From positions 1 through 55,216 of the forward strand of contig JAADFE010000067.1 in NCBI GenBank assembly GCA_013153055.1: DNA of 55,216 nucleotides. Reading direction: 5' to 3'. The notes beneath the pieces were generated by a model that saw nothing but the letters and a program-made list of their open reading frames with translations, was not told the DNA's origin and did no database searches. A program made the position numbers and the translations under genes. The DNA comes from Campylobacterota bacterium (GTDB lineage Bacteria; Campylobacterota; Campylobacteria; Campylobacterales; Sulfurovaceae). Shown here piece by piece: positions 1 to 9,141 of this stretch. Position 1 is the first letter of the stretch, and the number at the start of each line of letters is the position of its first letter.

Positions 1-572
1 GAGCATTGACAACAAAAGAAGAGAGAAGAATAAAAATGGGTGTACAGAGAAAAGTACATAGATTAGAAAAACTTTTCTTTCCAATTGTTGTATTGATGCT
101 ATCTATTATGATTTTGCCAGAGTCCACACCACTGATTGGTGCGTTTGCTTTTGGTAACTTTGTAAAAGAGTCGGGTGTTGTAGAGAGACTTAATGATACA
201 ATGCAAAACGCATTAATCAATACTGTTACAATCTTCTTAGGGCTTGGGGTTGGTTCAAAACTAGCTGCTGATAAGTTCTTGGTATTAGAGAGTTTAGGTA
301 TTATGATTATTGGACTTATTGCATTCTCAGCAGGTACTGCAGCGGGAGTATTGATGGGTAAAATTATGAATAAATTCTCAAAAGAGCCTATCAACCCACT
401 AATTGGTGCAGCAGGTGTTTCAGCTGTTCCAATGGCAGCTAGAGTTGTAAGTAAAGTTGGTGCAGAAGAGAGACCAGGTAATGTTCTTTTGATGCACGCA
501 ATGGGACCAAATGTAGCAGGTGTTATCGGTTCAGCTGTTGCTGCTGGTGTTCTATTGTCTATATTTAACTAA
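1..572 (+). CDS. oadB: Na+-translocating oxaloacetate decarboxylase beta subunit (5' truncated by window edge)
   Basis: Motifs [18 protein letters not shown] and [17 protein letters not shown]; followed by pckA. Confidence 0.92.
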   Translation, partial: ALTTKEERRIKMGVQRKVHRLEKLFFPIVVLMLSIMILPESTPLIGAFAFGNFVKESGVVERLNDTMQNALINTVTIFLGLGVGSKLAADKFLVLESLGIMIIGLIAFSAGTAAGVLMGKIMNKFSKEPINPLIGAAGVSAVPMAARVVSKVGAEERPGNVLLMHAMGPNVAGVIGSAVAAGVLLSIFN

Positions 573-594
573 TAGGGTAAATTTTTACCCTATT
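571..594 (+). terminator. Putative intrinsic terminator after oadB
   Basis: Perfect hairpin AATAGGGTAAA-TT-TTTACCCTATT at the stop codon. Confidence 0.6.
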
Positions 595-687
595 TTAGAT
601 ATTATAATAAATAAAATAAGATATATTTATATCTTATTTTATTTGCTATATTGCAAACAACTTATTTATACAAAGAAGGTAGAAAAG

Positions 688-2268
688 ATGAGTACCAAGA
701 CACCAAATGGTCTTGATAAATTAGGGCTACAAAATATTGGTAAGGTTTACTATAATCTAAGTTATGATGAACTTCAAGCACATGAGATAAATAAAAATGA
801 GTGTAAAATCTCATCAACTGGTACAGCTATATGTGATACTGGTATCTTTACAGGACGAAGTCCAAAAGATAAGTATTTTGTTGACCAGCCACCATCAAAT
901 CAACACATTTCGTGGGGAGAAATTAACAAAAAAATAGATAAAGAGACTTTTGATAAGCTTTTTGATATTACAAAAGAGCAACTATCAGGAAAAGATTTAT
1001 ATATTATGGATGTCTATTCAGGAGCTAGTGAAGAGAGTAAAAAATCTATTAGATTTATTTCTGAAGTTGCTTGGCAGGCACATTTTGTTAAAAATATGTT
1101 TATTCGTCCAACAGAAGAAGAGTTAGAGACATTTGAACCTGACTTTGTAGTCTATAACGCTTGTAAAACAACAGACAAGGATTATAAAGAGCATGGTTTA
1201 AACTCTGATGTATTTGTATGTTTTAATATCGAGGATAATGTATCTATAATTGGTGGAACATGGTATGGTGGAGAGATGAAAAAGGGTATCTTCTCTATGA
1301 TGAACTACTGGTTGCCATTAGAGGGCAAACTATCTATGCACTGTTCTGCTAATGTTGGAAAAGATGATGATGTATGTCTCTTCTTTGGATTATCAGGTAC
1401 AGGAAAGACTACACTATCAACAGACCCAGATAGAGCATTAATTGGTGATGATGAGCATGGTTGGGATGATAATGGTGTATTTAACTTTGAGGGTGGATGT
1501 TATGCAAAAGTAATTAATCTTGACCCAAAAAGTGAACCAGAGATTTTTGGTGCAATTAGAAAAGATGCACTGCTAGAGAATGTAGTCTCTGATGATAGTG
1601 GTAATGTTGACTACTCAAACAAAACTAAAACAGAAAACACAAGAGTATCTTATCCTATTGAGCATATAGAGAATCATAAAGAGGATTTACAAGCAGGTCA
1701 TCCAAATAATATTATTTTCTTAAGTTATGATGCGTTTGGTGTTTTACCTCCAGTATCAAAGCTTACAAAAGAACAAGCAATGTACTACTTTTTAAGTGGA
1801 TATACAGCAAAAGTGGCAGGAACAGAGAGAGGTATTACTGAGCCAGTTACAACATTTAGTGCATGTTTTGGTGAGGCATTTTTACCACTACATCCAACTG
1901 TATATGCTAAGCTTTTAGGTGAAAAGATAGATAAGCATGGTGTAAATGTATATTTGGTAAATACAGGTCTAAATGGGCAAGGTAAGAGAATGAGTATCAA
2001 GGATACTAGAGCATGTATCAATGGTATTTTAAATGGTTCTATAAATGATGCTGAGTTTGATACTTTACCTATATTTAATCTACAGTTCCCAAAAACACTT
2101 GATGGTATAGCTGATAATTCTATGTTAGACCCTAAAAATACATGGGATAGTCAAGAGAAGTTAGAAGAGACTATGAAAAATTTGGCAAAAGAGTTTATTA
2201 AAAACTTTGAGAGATATAATGATAATGGTAGTGAGTTTGATTATTCACAAGCTGGACCACAAGTTTAA
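688..2268 (+). CDS. pckA: Phosphoenolpyruvate carboxykinase (ATP)
   Basis: [34 protein letters not shown] motifs; start moved to ATG 688 behind AAGG RBS. Confidence 0.97.
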   Translation: MSTKTPNGLDKLGLQNIGKVYYNLSYDELQAHEINKNECKISSTGTAICDTGIFTGRSPKDKYFVDQPPSNQHISWGEINKKIDKETFDKLFDITKEQLSGKDLYIMDVYSGASEESKKSIRFISEVAWQAHFVKNMFIRPTEEELETFEPDFVVYNACKTTDKDYKEHGLNSDVFVCFNIEDNVSIIGGTWYGGEMKKGIFSMMNYWLPLEGKLSMHCSANVGKDDDVCLFFGLSGTGKTTLSTDPDRALIGDDEHGWDDNGVFNFEGGCYAKVINLDPKSEPEIFGAIRKDALLENVVSDDSGNVDYSNKTKTENTRVSYPIEHIENHKEDLQAGHPNNIIFLSYDAFGVLPPVSKLTKEQAMYYFLSGYTAKVAGTERGITEPVTTFSACFGEAFLPLHPTVYAKLLGEKIDKHGVNVYLVNTGLNGQGKRMSIKDTRACINGILNGSINDAEFDTLPIFNLQFPKTLDGIADNSMLDPKNTWDSQEKLEETMKNLAKEFIKNFERYNDNGSEFDYSQAGPQV

Positions 2269-2281
2269 TATATAAAGTAAA

Positions 2282-2313
2282 AAAGGAGGATATTATTTTT
2301 CAATATCCTCTTT
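2282..2313. terminator. Putative bidirectional terminator hairpin
   Basis: GAGGATATT...AATATCCTC inverted repeat with A/T tails between convergent genes. Confidence 0.55.
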
Positions 2314-2385
2314 ATCCATAACAAATCCTACAACAAGTAAACCAATAACAAAAATTATAACAGCACCTATATAAAAATACTCCAC
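2293..2385 (-). CDS. Putative 30-aa single-pass membrane protein (not in ORF track)
   Basis: GTG overlaps the upstream stop (TAGTG); AAAGGAG 10 nt upstream; MEYFYIGAVIIFVIGLLVVGFVMDKEDIEK. Confidence 0.5.
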   Translation of the reverse strand: MEYFYIGAVIIFVIGLLVVGFVMDKEDIEK

Positions 2386-2885
2386 TATTTTAATACTCCT
2401 TTCTCTTTGGCTATAGATTTAAATTTACTTTTTTCTTCTATAGATTTAAACCCATTTGATGGAATATAATGAAAATTTGGATATTTATAAATCATAATAT
2501 CATCTCCTAGAGGAATTATCTCATCTATATCTTCCCATTTCCATTTTTCATTATTGTTTGATAGTATTGTTATACCATCTTTATCTACACTCATTTCTAT
2601 CTTTTTATCTTTGAATGGAGAATTTTTAAAAGATTTCATAGCTCTTTTTTTAGCTATTAGTTTTTTGCCATAATACCAATAAATAATCATAATAGTAGAA
2701 AATAATAGAAGCTCAAAAGCACCTTTTTTAAAAGATGCTACTACCCCAAATTGAACTAAGGCAATAAAAAGCCAACCAATATATCTTTTTGCAGAATGAT
2801 TAAATTGGTATTTATATGAGGCATCAAATACTTTTTTCATATTATCCTGATTCCAAATATATGATATTTTGATAGGTTTAGACAT
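2385..2885 (-). CDS. YcxB-family membrane protein
   Basis: Two TM segments followed by a PH-like C-terminal domain (WKWEDIDEI...YIPSNGF). Confidence 0.7.
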   Translation of the reverse strand: MSKPIKISYIWNQDNMKKVFDASYKYQFNHSAKRYIGWLFIALVQFGVVASFKKGAFELLLFSTIMIIYWYYGKKLIAKKRAMKSFKNSPFKDKKIEMSVDKDGITILSNNNEKWKWEDIDEIIPLGDDIMIYKYPNFHYIPSNGFKSIEEKSKFKSIAKEKGVLK

Positions 2886-3483
2886 GTTCTTCACACTCTT
2901 CTATAATGAGGTCAGATTTTTTTATACAACCTTTTTGTTCCAAATCTTCTATCATTTTTAAAGTTTCTACATATTTTTTTTCAAAAATCTTACTATTGAT
3001 TTCATATTTTTTTCTCTCTTTTTTTGCATACCACCAAGCTATAGCTATGCTACTTGCAAAAATAGAATATATTAATATTTGCCACTCTTTGAGGTCAAGT
3101 AAAACAATAAAATATTGCACTGAAAATAGTACAAAAAATTCTATGGAAAATATAATAACCAGCGTAGAGCTTTGTTCAAAATCCAATGTATATTTCTCTA
3201 TCTCTCTTATATAGGCTAAATTCTTATTGATTTCTTCTGCTTCTTTTTTACACTCTTCTTTGATATTAGAGATATCAATATCTCTAATATGAATATTACT
3301 TAGATTATATTCTATGTTAATCTGTTTATAATCTTCTAATATTTGAGGCTCTTTGTCCATAATATCTAAGATTTCATCTTTTGTTACTTTTGTTTTCCCC
3401 GCAATTTTTTGAACATCTTGTAGGACTAAATCATATAGACCAATGTTTTTTATCTCTTCTGCGACTCTTGGTAAGTGTATCAA
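2878..3483 (-). CDS. Conserved hypothetical membrane protein (2 TM)
   Basis: 201-aa ORF, AAGGA RBS, two hydrophobic helices, overlaps the next gene. Confidence 0.7.
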   Translation of the reverse strand: MIHLPRVAEEIKNIGLYDLVLQDVQKIAGKTKVTKDEILDIMDKEPQILEDYKQINIEYNLSNIHIRDIDISNIKEECKKEAEEINKNLAYIREIEKYTLDFEQSSTLVIIFSIEFFVLFSVQYFIVLLDLKEWQILIYSIFASSIAIAWWYAKKERKKYEINSKIFEKKYVETLKMIEDLEQKGCIKKSDLIIEECEEHV

Positions 3484-3545
3484 GTGATTCCTTTGTTTTT
3501 ATTGTATTCTATTTGTTAGTTTTTTAGTATTAGAATAAAAAAACT

Positions 3546-3609
3546 AACCCAAAAAAAGAAAATCTTTTAACTAATAAAGTAACTTTTTCAGATTTTCTTT
3601 TTTTGGGTT
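3546..3609. repeat. Perfect 20-bp inverted repeat with 24-nt spacer
   Basis: AACCCAAAAAAAGAAAATCT (3546-3565) / AGATTTTCTTTTTTTGGGTT (3590-3609). Confidence 0.8.
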
Positions 3610-3625
3610 TTGTTTTATTGGTAAG

Positions 3626-3668
3626 TGTGGGCTTCTCAGCCCACATATGGTGCAATTGATACACCATT
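3626..3668 (-). terminator. Tandem hairpins, putative terminator of the heme-copper operon
   Basis: TGTGGGCT..AGCCCACA and ATGGTG..CACCAT stems just downstream of the subunit I stop. Confidence 0.5.
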
Positions 3669-3680
3669 TATAAATTTTGT

Positions 3681-5354
3681 TTAGCTTTTATGGTTTTCTG
3701 CTATTGTTTCAGGTTCAATTCCATAAGAAGCTGATGGGTCTTTTGCAGGTAAGAATATACCTATAAGTCCTTTAATTCCAACTGATAATACAATGTTAAG
3801 CAAGAAAATAAACCATGCTATTAAAATCATTGTACCACAAATTGCAGCTAAAATCATTAATGTATTGAATTCACCATTTACATATAAGTGTCTTCTAAGC
3901 ATACCATCAAGACCAGCCATACCACCAAATGCACCCATACCAATACCACCTATTAGGTATAACCAAAAGTGAATATTTGATAGTTTAGATGAGAACATTT
4001 TAGTATTGTTAGTTACAATTGGCCAAAGAACATATAATGCACTATAAAGTGTCATATAAAGCCCAACGATTAATGCAATATGAACATGCGCCATAATAAT
4101 CCATTGAGTATTATGAAGTACTCTGTTCATACCCATATCTGCTTGGATAATTGCTGCTGGAACTGCTAAACCAAATCCAACTAGACCACCGAGTAGATAT
4201 TTTAACTCCATTGTCATTTTAAGAGGTCTTGCTTTCCATAATGTTACAAGAGTAATAAATAGTGCTAAACCTTGAGTTAGAAGCTCAAATGCTGTTACCA
4301 TCTCACCAGAGATTAGTTTCATCATTTCAGGTTGTCCTTGGTCTGCTAGTAGGTGGTGAGACCATACCATCCAAGATACCAAAAGTTCTAACATAAGAGC
4401 TGCTCTAGCAACATTTTCCATGAATAGTTTTTGACCAGTAATTAAAGTAGCCAATAGATACCAAGAACCTGCTACATAGATAAGTACCAAACCGTCAGCA
4501 ACAAGGTCAAGTCCCCACCAAAAGTAGTTTTTATAAAGTAGTGCATCAATTGCTGCAACATTTAGTGGATTACCTGATGCATCAAAAATTAGATATACAA
4601 GAACAAGTACACCAGCACTTAAAATAACTACAGCATCAAGGAATGTATCTACTGTACCACGGAAAATAGCAACAACAGGAAGAGCAAGAGCTGGTTCTTT
4701 GCTGTAAGGTGGTTTACCTGTTAGCTTATGCCAAAGGTTAAGCATCCCATCAATACCAAAACCAGAAATTAAAAGTTCTTTTGTTGTTTTATCTTTATGA
4801 ACACCAACTCTAGCAAAAATTGTTGCATAGATATTGTAGATAAATCCGAATGTTCCAAGCATAATTAGTGCAACACCAATAATAAATACTATACCACCAA
4901 CAACTTTAAACTGTTCTGTATCAGCAGGAAGTGGCCAATATAGTGTATATAGTGGAGCATATTGCCATACAAATGCTGCAATCCAAGCAAGAGCAGTACC
5001 TATAGTTATAAGTAACCAAACTGCGTTAGCTAATTTAATGCTATATAGTGGTTTTTTTGTTAAAAAAGGAACCAAAAACATAAATGCAGCAAATACTAAT
5101 TGATAGGTTGAACCAAAAATACCAACGATTGGGTGAACTGTCATAATAGAGAAATAATGATATGGATGAGAAAACATTTCTGGTAACGGATTGGCAGGTC
5201 CTGTTACAACAGCTCTCATAATCATACCTTCTATAGCTACCAAACCAAAGAATAAGAATGACATAACTACAGCTCTAAGCGTTACTTTTTGTAATGCATT
5301 TAGACTTGTATGGTCAAAATTTGTACCATGTATTAAATTTTTCATAATACTCAT
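3681..5354 (-). CDS. Heme-copper oxidase superfamily subunit I, gNOR-type (putative nitric oxide reductase)
   Basis: About 12-13 TM helices; heme/metal His at H74, H333/H334 (WSHH), H423/H425 (AHVH); helix-VI HPxVY replaced by D283-L-V-A-D287. Confidence 0.8.
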   Translation of the reverse strand: MSIMKNLIHGTNFDHTSLNALQKVTLRAVVMSFLFFGLVAIEGMIMRAVVTGPANPLPEMFSHPYHYFSIMTVHPIVGIFGSTYQLVFAAFMFLVPFLTKKPLYSIKLANAVWLLITIGTALAWIAAFVWQYAPLYTLYWPLPADTEQFKVVGGIVFIIGVALIMLGTFGFIYNIYATIFARVGVHKDKTTKELLISGFGIDGMLNLWHKLTGKPPYSKEPALALPVVAIFRGTVDTFLDAVVILSAGVLVLVYLIFDASGNPLNVAAIDALLYKNYFWWGLDLVADGLVLIYVAGSWYLLATLITGQKLFMENVARAALMLELLVSWMVWSHHLLADQGQPEMMKLISGEMVTAFELLTQGLALFITLVTLWKARPLKMTMELKYLLGGLVGFGLAVPAAIIQADMGMNRVLHNTQWIIMAHVHIALIVGLYMTLYSALYVLWPIVTNNTKMFSSKLSNIHFWLYLIGGIGMGAFGGMAGLDGMLRRHLYVNGEFNTLMILAAICGTMILIAWFIFLLNIVLSVGIKGLIGIFLPAKDPSASYGIEPETIAENHKS

Positions 5355-5968
5355 TTTGCACCTCCCTCTTTACAACCTACAACTTCAACAAAGTTTTTTA
5401 CCAACATTAAATCCTTTTTTCCATCTTCAGAATATTGTGCAGGACCTGAATATTCAGTAGAAGTCAAGTCAAATACTCCATTGTGGTTAAATGTCCAAAG
5501 CATATCATTTGAATCTAAAATACCATTAACATCAACACCTGGGTTTACCTGCATTTGTGTTACCAATGTACCATCTTGTCTAAAGAGTCCAAAACCATAA
5601 ACCAAGTCTCTACTTTTTACATCGAATTTAACAGTTTGTCCACATTGAATAGTGATTTTTTTTGGTAATCCTATCCATTTGTGTTTTGCTATTTCAAATT
5701 CATAAGAAGCATCTGGTTTAATATTGTGTCTTGTAATATCTTGTGATACCCAAGGAATGGCATTGTAGGTAAAAATATGATGTCCTACTCCACCTGCCAC
5801 TAAAAAAGCGATATAACCATAAAATGGTATTCGCACAATAGAGTCAGCTTTTTTATCTCTGGTTAGATTGTATCCAAACCATGCAATTACTGATATAATC
5901 AGTAAAGCGTAGATAGTATAAGCTGTCTCATGAAACGCTAACAACTCTAGTGAGTTAGAAAATGTCAT
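5351..5968 (-). CDS. Heme-copper oxidase subunit II, cupredoxin fold lacking CuA ligands
   Basis: Two N-terminal TM helices; DLVYGF and STEYSGP replace the His and CxExCG CuA ligands; start at ATG 5968 behind AAAGGAG; 4-nt overlap with subunit I. Confidence 0.8.
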   Translation of the reverse strand: MTFSNSLELLAFHETAYTIYALLIISVIAWFGYNLTRDKKADSIVRIPFYGYIAFLVAGGVGHHIFTYNAIPWVSQDITRHNIKPDASYEFEIAKHKWIGLPKKITIQCGQTVKFDVKSRDLVYGFGLFRQDGTLVTQMQVNPGVDVNGILDSNDMLWTFNHNGVFDLTSTEYSGPAQYSEDGKKDLMLVKNFVEVVGCKEGGAK

Positions 5969-6090
5969 CTGTTCTCCTTTTTCTTTTCTCAATCTTAATG
6001 AAAATATTATCAATTTAAATTAAATTAACTTAAAATAATAATATCTCTTGTTAAGATTTATAATTCTATGCTTTTTAAATAATTAAAAAC

Positions 6091-6104
6091 TTGATTTATA
6101 TCAA
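6091..6104. promoter_or_regulatory. FNR/Crp-family (Nss/Dnr-like) binding box
   Basis: Perfect TTGAT-N4-ATCAA; centred at -41.5 relative to a TAGAAT -10 (6063-6068, minus strand) facing the heme-copper operon. Confidence 0.7.
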
Positions 6105-6204
6105 TACACATTCAATTAAGCATGTAAAAAATAGATATATCTTTATATTATTTTAGTTGTTATAAATTAAGCTTTTTTTTATAACTAAATATTATAATTG
6201 ATTT

Positions 6205-7125
6205 ATGATTTTTAATGAAAAAGAGTTAAATAATATAAGTAAATTAAGTCTTGATGATAAGATAAAAAAAATAAAAAACAGTAAAAGAGGGTTTGCTGTT
6301 CAAAAAAAATTTCGCTCAAACATGATGTTAAATCCTCTAAAGCTTAGACATCTAAATAGGATAGATAATTTAGAAGCTGATATGATAACTCTAAACCTAG
6401 AAGATGCCATAGCCCCAAGTAGAAAAAGAGAAGCACTAATTAATATTGCTCTATTTCTTTCACATCTAAAAAATTCAAATAGTTTTATAATTATCAGAAC
6501 CAATCCTCTAAACGAGGGTGGGGCAGAGGAGATAGAGTTTTTGAACGATTTTACTTTTGATGCTATCAGATTAGCAAAGGTAAAAGAGCAAAATGATATA
6601 GAAAAAGCACTAAAAATTTTGGATAAATCAAAAGAGTTACATATATCTATGGAGACAAAAGAGGCATTTGAAAATCTCTCATCTTTGAGAATAGATAAGA
6701 GATTTACTACAGCCAATATCGGAATTTTAGACCTTTTAACCTCTCTTGGATTGCCCCAATCCCTGCTTCAAAGAGATAATCCAACCATACACTATATACT
6801 CTCTAAGTTTTTGATAGACTCCAAAATAGCAGGGCTACATCCTATCTCTTTTATGTTTCAAGATTATAAAAATATAGATGAGTTTAGAAAATGGTGTCAA
6901 TTAGAAAAAAAGATGGGTTTTACAACCAAAGCCTGTATGGGACCTTTGCAAGTGGAGGTTGCCAATGAGATTTTTGGTGCAACTCCTGAAGAGATAGAGA
7001 GAGCAAAATATATCAAAAAGATTTTTGAAGAGTCTGTCAAACGAGGTGAAAATGGATTTATGGATGAGAGATATGGTTTCATAGATGAGCCTATCTATCG
7101 TGATGCACTTTTGGTTTTGAGATAA
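6205..7125 (+). CDS. CitE/HpcH-HpaI family CoA-ester lyase
   Basis: LNLEDAIAP, IRTN, SMET and C-terminal FIDEPIY motifs of citrate lyase beta-like proteins. Confidence 0.8.
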   Translation: MIFNEKELNNISKLSLDDKIKKIKNSKRGFAVQKKFRSNMMLNPLKLRHLNRIDNLEADMITLNLEDAIAPSRKREALINIALFLSHLKNSNSFIIIRTNPLNEGGAEEIEFLNDFTFDAIRLAKVKEQNDIEKALKILDKSKELHISMETKEAFENLSSLRIDKRFTTANIGILDLLTSLGLPQSLLQRDNPTIHYILSKFLIDSKIAGLHPISFMFQDYKNIDEFRKWCQLEKKMGFTTKACMGPLQVEVANEIFGATPEEIERAKYIKKIFEESVKRGENGFMDERYGFIDEPIYRDALLVLR

Positions 7126-7129
7126 CTAC

Positions 7130-7153
7130 TCTCATACAAGTTTATGTATGAGA
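7130..7153. terminator. Hairpin between convergent genes
   Basis: TCTCATACA...TGTATGAGA. Confidence 0.5.
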
Positions 7154-7160
7154 ATTTATC

Positions 7161-8018
7161 TTATATAAGCCGTTTATACTGCTCAATAATAGACTCAGGC
7201 ATTTCAAAATCTAAAGCTTTTGTTTGAGGAGTTATCTCTGCTTCTCTATTGTTTAGCATATCTAACCACTTTTCGGCTAGTTTGGCTATATGTTGGGCTT
7301 TGTCTCTGCCGTTTATTACTTTTCTAGCATTGATATAGTCTTTTTCATTTTTGTTTACATACTCTCCCAATCTTTTACCAGAGAAAAATCCAACAGAAGA
7401 GCCATGTACTAAAATAAATAGAGATATATTTCTACTTAAAATCTTATCTGGATTGTTTACAAAATCTACATTGAGTAAATCACTATATTTTTTGTAGTTA
7501 TATTTATGTGTGAGCTGAACATATCCTCTTCCATGATAAGGATAGTAGTAAAAGTGAGTTTTTCTATAGTGGTCACTGAGCCAAAAAGCCTCTTGGACTG
7601 GTCTAAATGTTCCTGCACTCTCATGTTCTGCTGTAGCTATGACATAAGCTATCTGTTCATTTAGAGGTAGTCCCAATTTTGGACATAACTCTATAGTTGC
7701 TTTGATAAACTCATCTTTAGTTGTTCCAAAATCATCACATAGAGTATCTTTTCCTATTTTGTTGATACGCATAAGTGCATCTGCTACTATATCATCTAGT
7801 ATATAGTCCTGTACTATCCCCTCTGTCTCTATAAAATCCTGTAGAGCTGTTTTGCTCTTTGGACCAAACTCCCCATCTATATCATATTTGTATATATTGA
7901 TTTTCTGTAGAATGGTTTGAACCTCTCTTGATAGCTCTTTGTCTTTGGCTAGTTGGGTTCTTCTAAGGTTAGCAAAAGGGATACTCTCATAATTTTCAAT
8001 GATATTCTCTAATCTCAT
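7161..8018 (-). CDS. Peptidoglycan-binding domain + GH19 (lysozyme/chitinase-like) hydrolase
   Basis: N-terminal DGEFGPKS-type PG-binding motif; HES, GRGYVQLT-xx-NY and ARKVING GH19 motifs. Confidence 0.8.
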   Translation of the reverse strand: MRLENIIENYESIPFANLRRTQLAKDKELSREVQTILQKINIYKYDIDGEFGPKSKTALQDFIETEGIVQDYILDDIVADALMRINKIGKDTLCDDFGTTKDEFIKATIELCPKLGLPLNEQIAYVIATAEHESAGTFRPVQEAFWLSDHYRKTHFYYYPYHGRGYVQLTHKYNYKKYSDLLNVDFVNNPDKILSRNISLFILVHGSSVGFFSGKRLGEYVNKNEKDYINARKVINGRDKAQHIAKLAEKWLDMLNNREAEITPQTKALDFEMPESIIEQYKRLI

Positions 8019-8203
8019 AACTCATCCTTTTTTTTTATTATATAATATTAGAATTAATAGAGTGTTAATGTTTAGGATTTAACTTTAATCCTCTTGCCCT
8101 ATCTTCAAATACCCAAAATGTTTTTTGAGATTATCTTTTTCTAAAGGAATGGTTGTGAAATTATATTTTTATACTCTTTAAGGTTTAGCTAAGAAGATTA
8201 AAA

Positions 8204-8594
8204 TAGGTACAACGATAAGCCGTGTTCTGTCGTTGGGTAGTTATTTATCTAGGCGTATAGTCACCCATACGCTCAAGCGAGACACCAAATGCCAACTTAA
8301 TGGCTTTGTGAGATTTTTACCATGTGCCTCTTGCTACGGACAGGGTTTACCTAGCTACCTATGTTACCATAGGTACTGGTGGTCTCTTACACCACCGTTT
8401 CACCTTTGACCACCTATCAAGAAATAGGGGAGAAAAAGAGAGGGAAACTCTTTTAAGATTATAGGTGGTCGTCTTCTCTCTGTTGCACTTGCCCTTAGAT
8501 TACTCTAGCCACCCGTTAGGTGGAGTCCTATCTCACGCGTAGCACGGACTTTCCTCTCGTGACTAATGTCACCAGCAACTACCTGTTGTACCTA
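8204..8594 (-). ncRNA. rnpB: RNase P RNA (type A)
   Basis: GAGGAAAGTCC 5' motif and ACAGAACACGGCTTAT 3' motif on the minus strand; P1 helix TAGGTACAAC/GTTGTACCTA. Confidence 0.95.
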
Positions 8595-8648
8595 AATGCA
8601 ATTGTATCCTAATTTTTCTAATAATGCAAATTTATTAGAGGAGTATTT

Positions 8649-9023
8649 TTATGATTTAATAAATTTTTCTCCTGGCTTCCAATCTATATATACACTATCT
8701 TTATAATCTAGTCTTGGAGCTTTGATAAATACTGCTTTAAAAGGTTTGTCACTTACATTTCTAAAGTAGTGAGCCTCACCCTCACTACATACTAGGTAGT
8801 CTCCTTCTTTTAGCACAACTAACTCTCCATCAACCCAGACTTCACACTCACCCTCAAGGGCTAAAAATGACTCCTCTTGATTTTCATGTTTATGGCATGG
8901 GTGTTCCTCATTTGGAGTGATAACCACCACTCCCATATCAACATTTGTTGTTCCATCTGTTAAATATTTTGGTCCATGAGTACCAAATCTATACTCTCTA
9001 TCTCTTTCATTTATTAAGTGCAT
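8649..9023 (-). CDS. Cupin domain protein
   Basis: H-x-H-x4-E (HKHENQEE) and GEAHYFRN cupin metal motifs; AAGGAG RBS. Confidence 0.85.
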   Translation of the reverse strand: MHLINERDREYRFGTHGPKYLTDGTTNVDMGVVVITPNEEHPCHKHENQEESFLALEGECEVWVDGELVVLKEGDYLVCSEGEAHYFRNVSDKPFKAVFIKAPRLDYKDSVYIDWKPGEKFIKS

Positions 9024-9059
9024 TTTGCTCCTTTATTTATATTATTTTTAAATTTTTTT

Positions 9060-9134
9060 GGAATCGGAGACTTTAGTCCCGAAAAAAACGAGGCTTTTGT
9101 GCTATGCACTCTCTTTGAGAAAGCCATTGGTTCC
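9060..9134. repeat. REP/REPIN-like palindromic element, copy 1
   Basis: 35/36 nt identical to 47986-48021 and 13/15 to 48022-48036; carries an extra 24 nt (9096-9119). Confidence 0.8.
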
Positions 9135-9141
9135 AACTCTA

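Noticed and set aside
520-687. N-terminal extension of the pckA ORF in the track
   Set aside because: Overlaps oadB, crosses a terminator and has AT-rich non-coding composition; the RBS supports ATG 688
3681-5354. Calling the heme-copper protein a cbb3/ba3 cytochrome c oxidase
   Set aside because: Lacks the helix-VI His/Tyr pair, and subunit II has neither CuA nor a CxxCH heme c motif
8060-8150. Possible gene remnant between the GH19 gene and rnpB
   Set aside because: Only a ~20-codon open stretch without a start or recognisable motif
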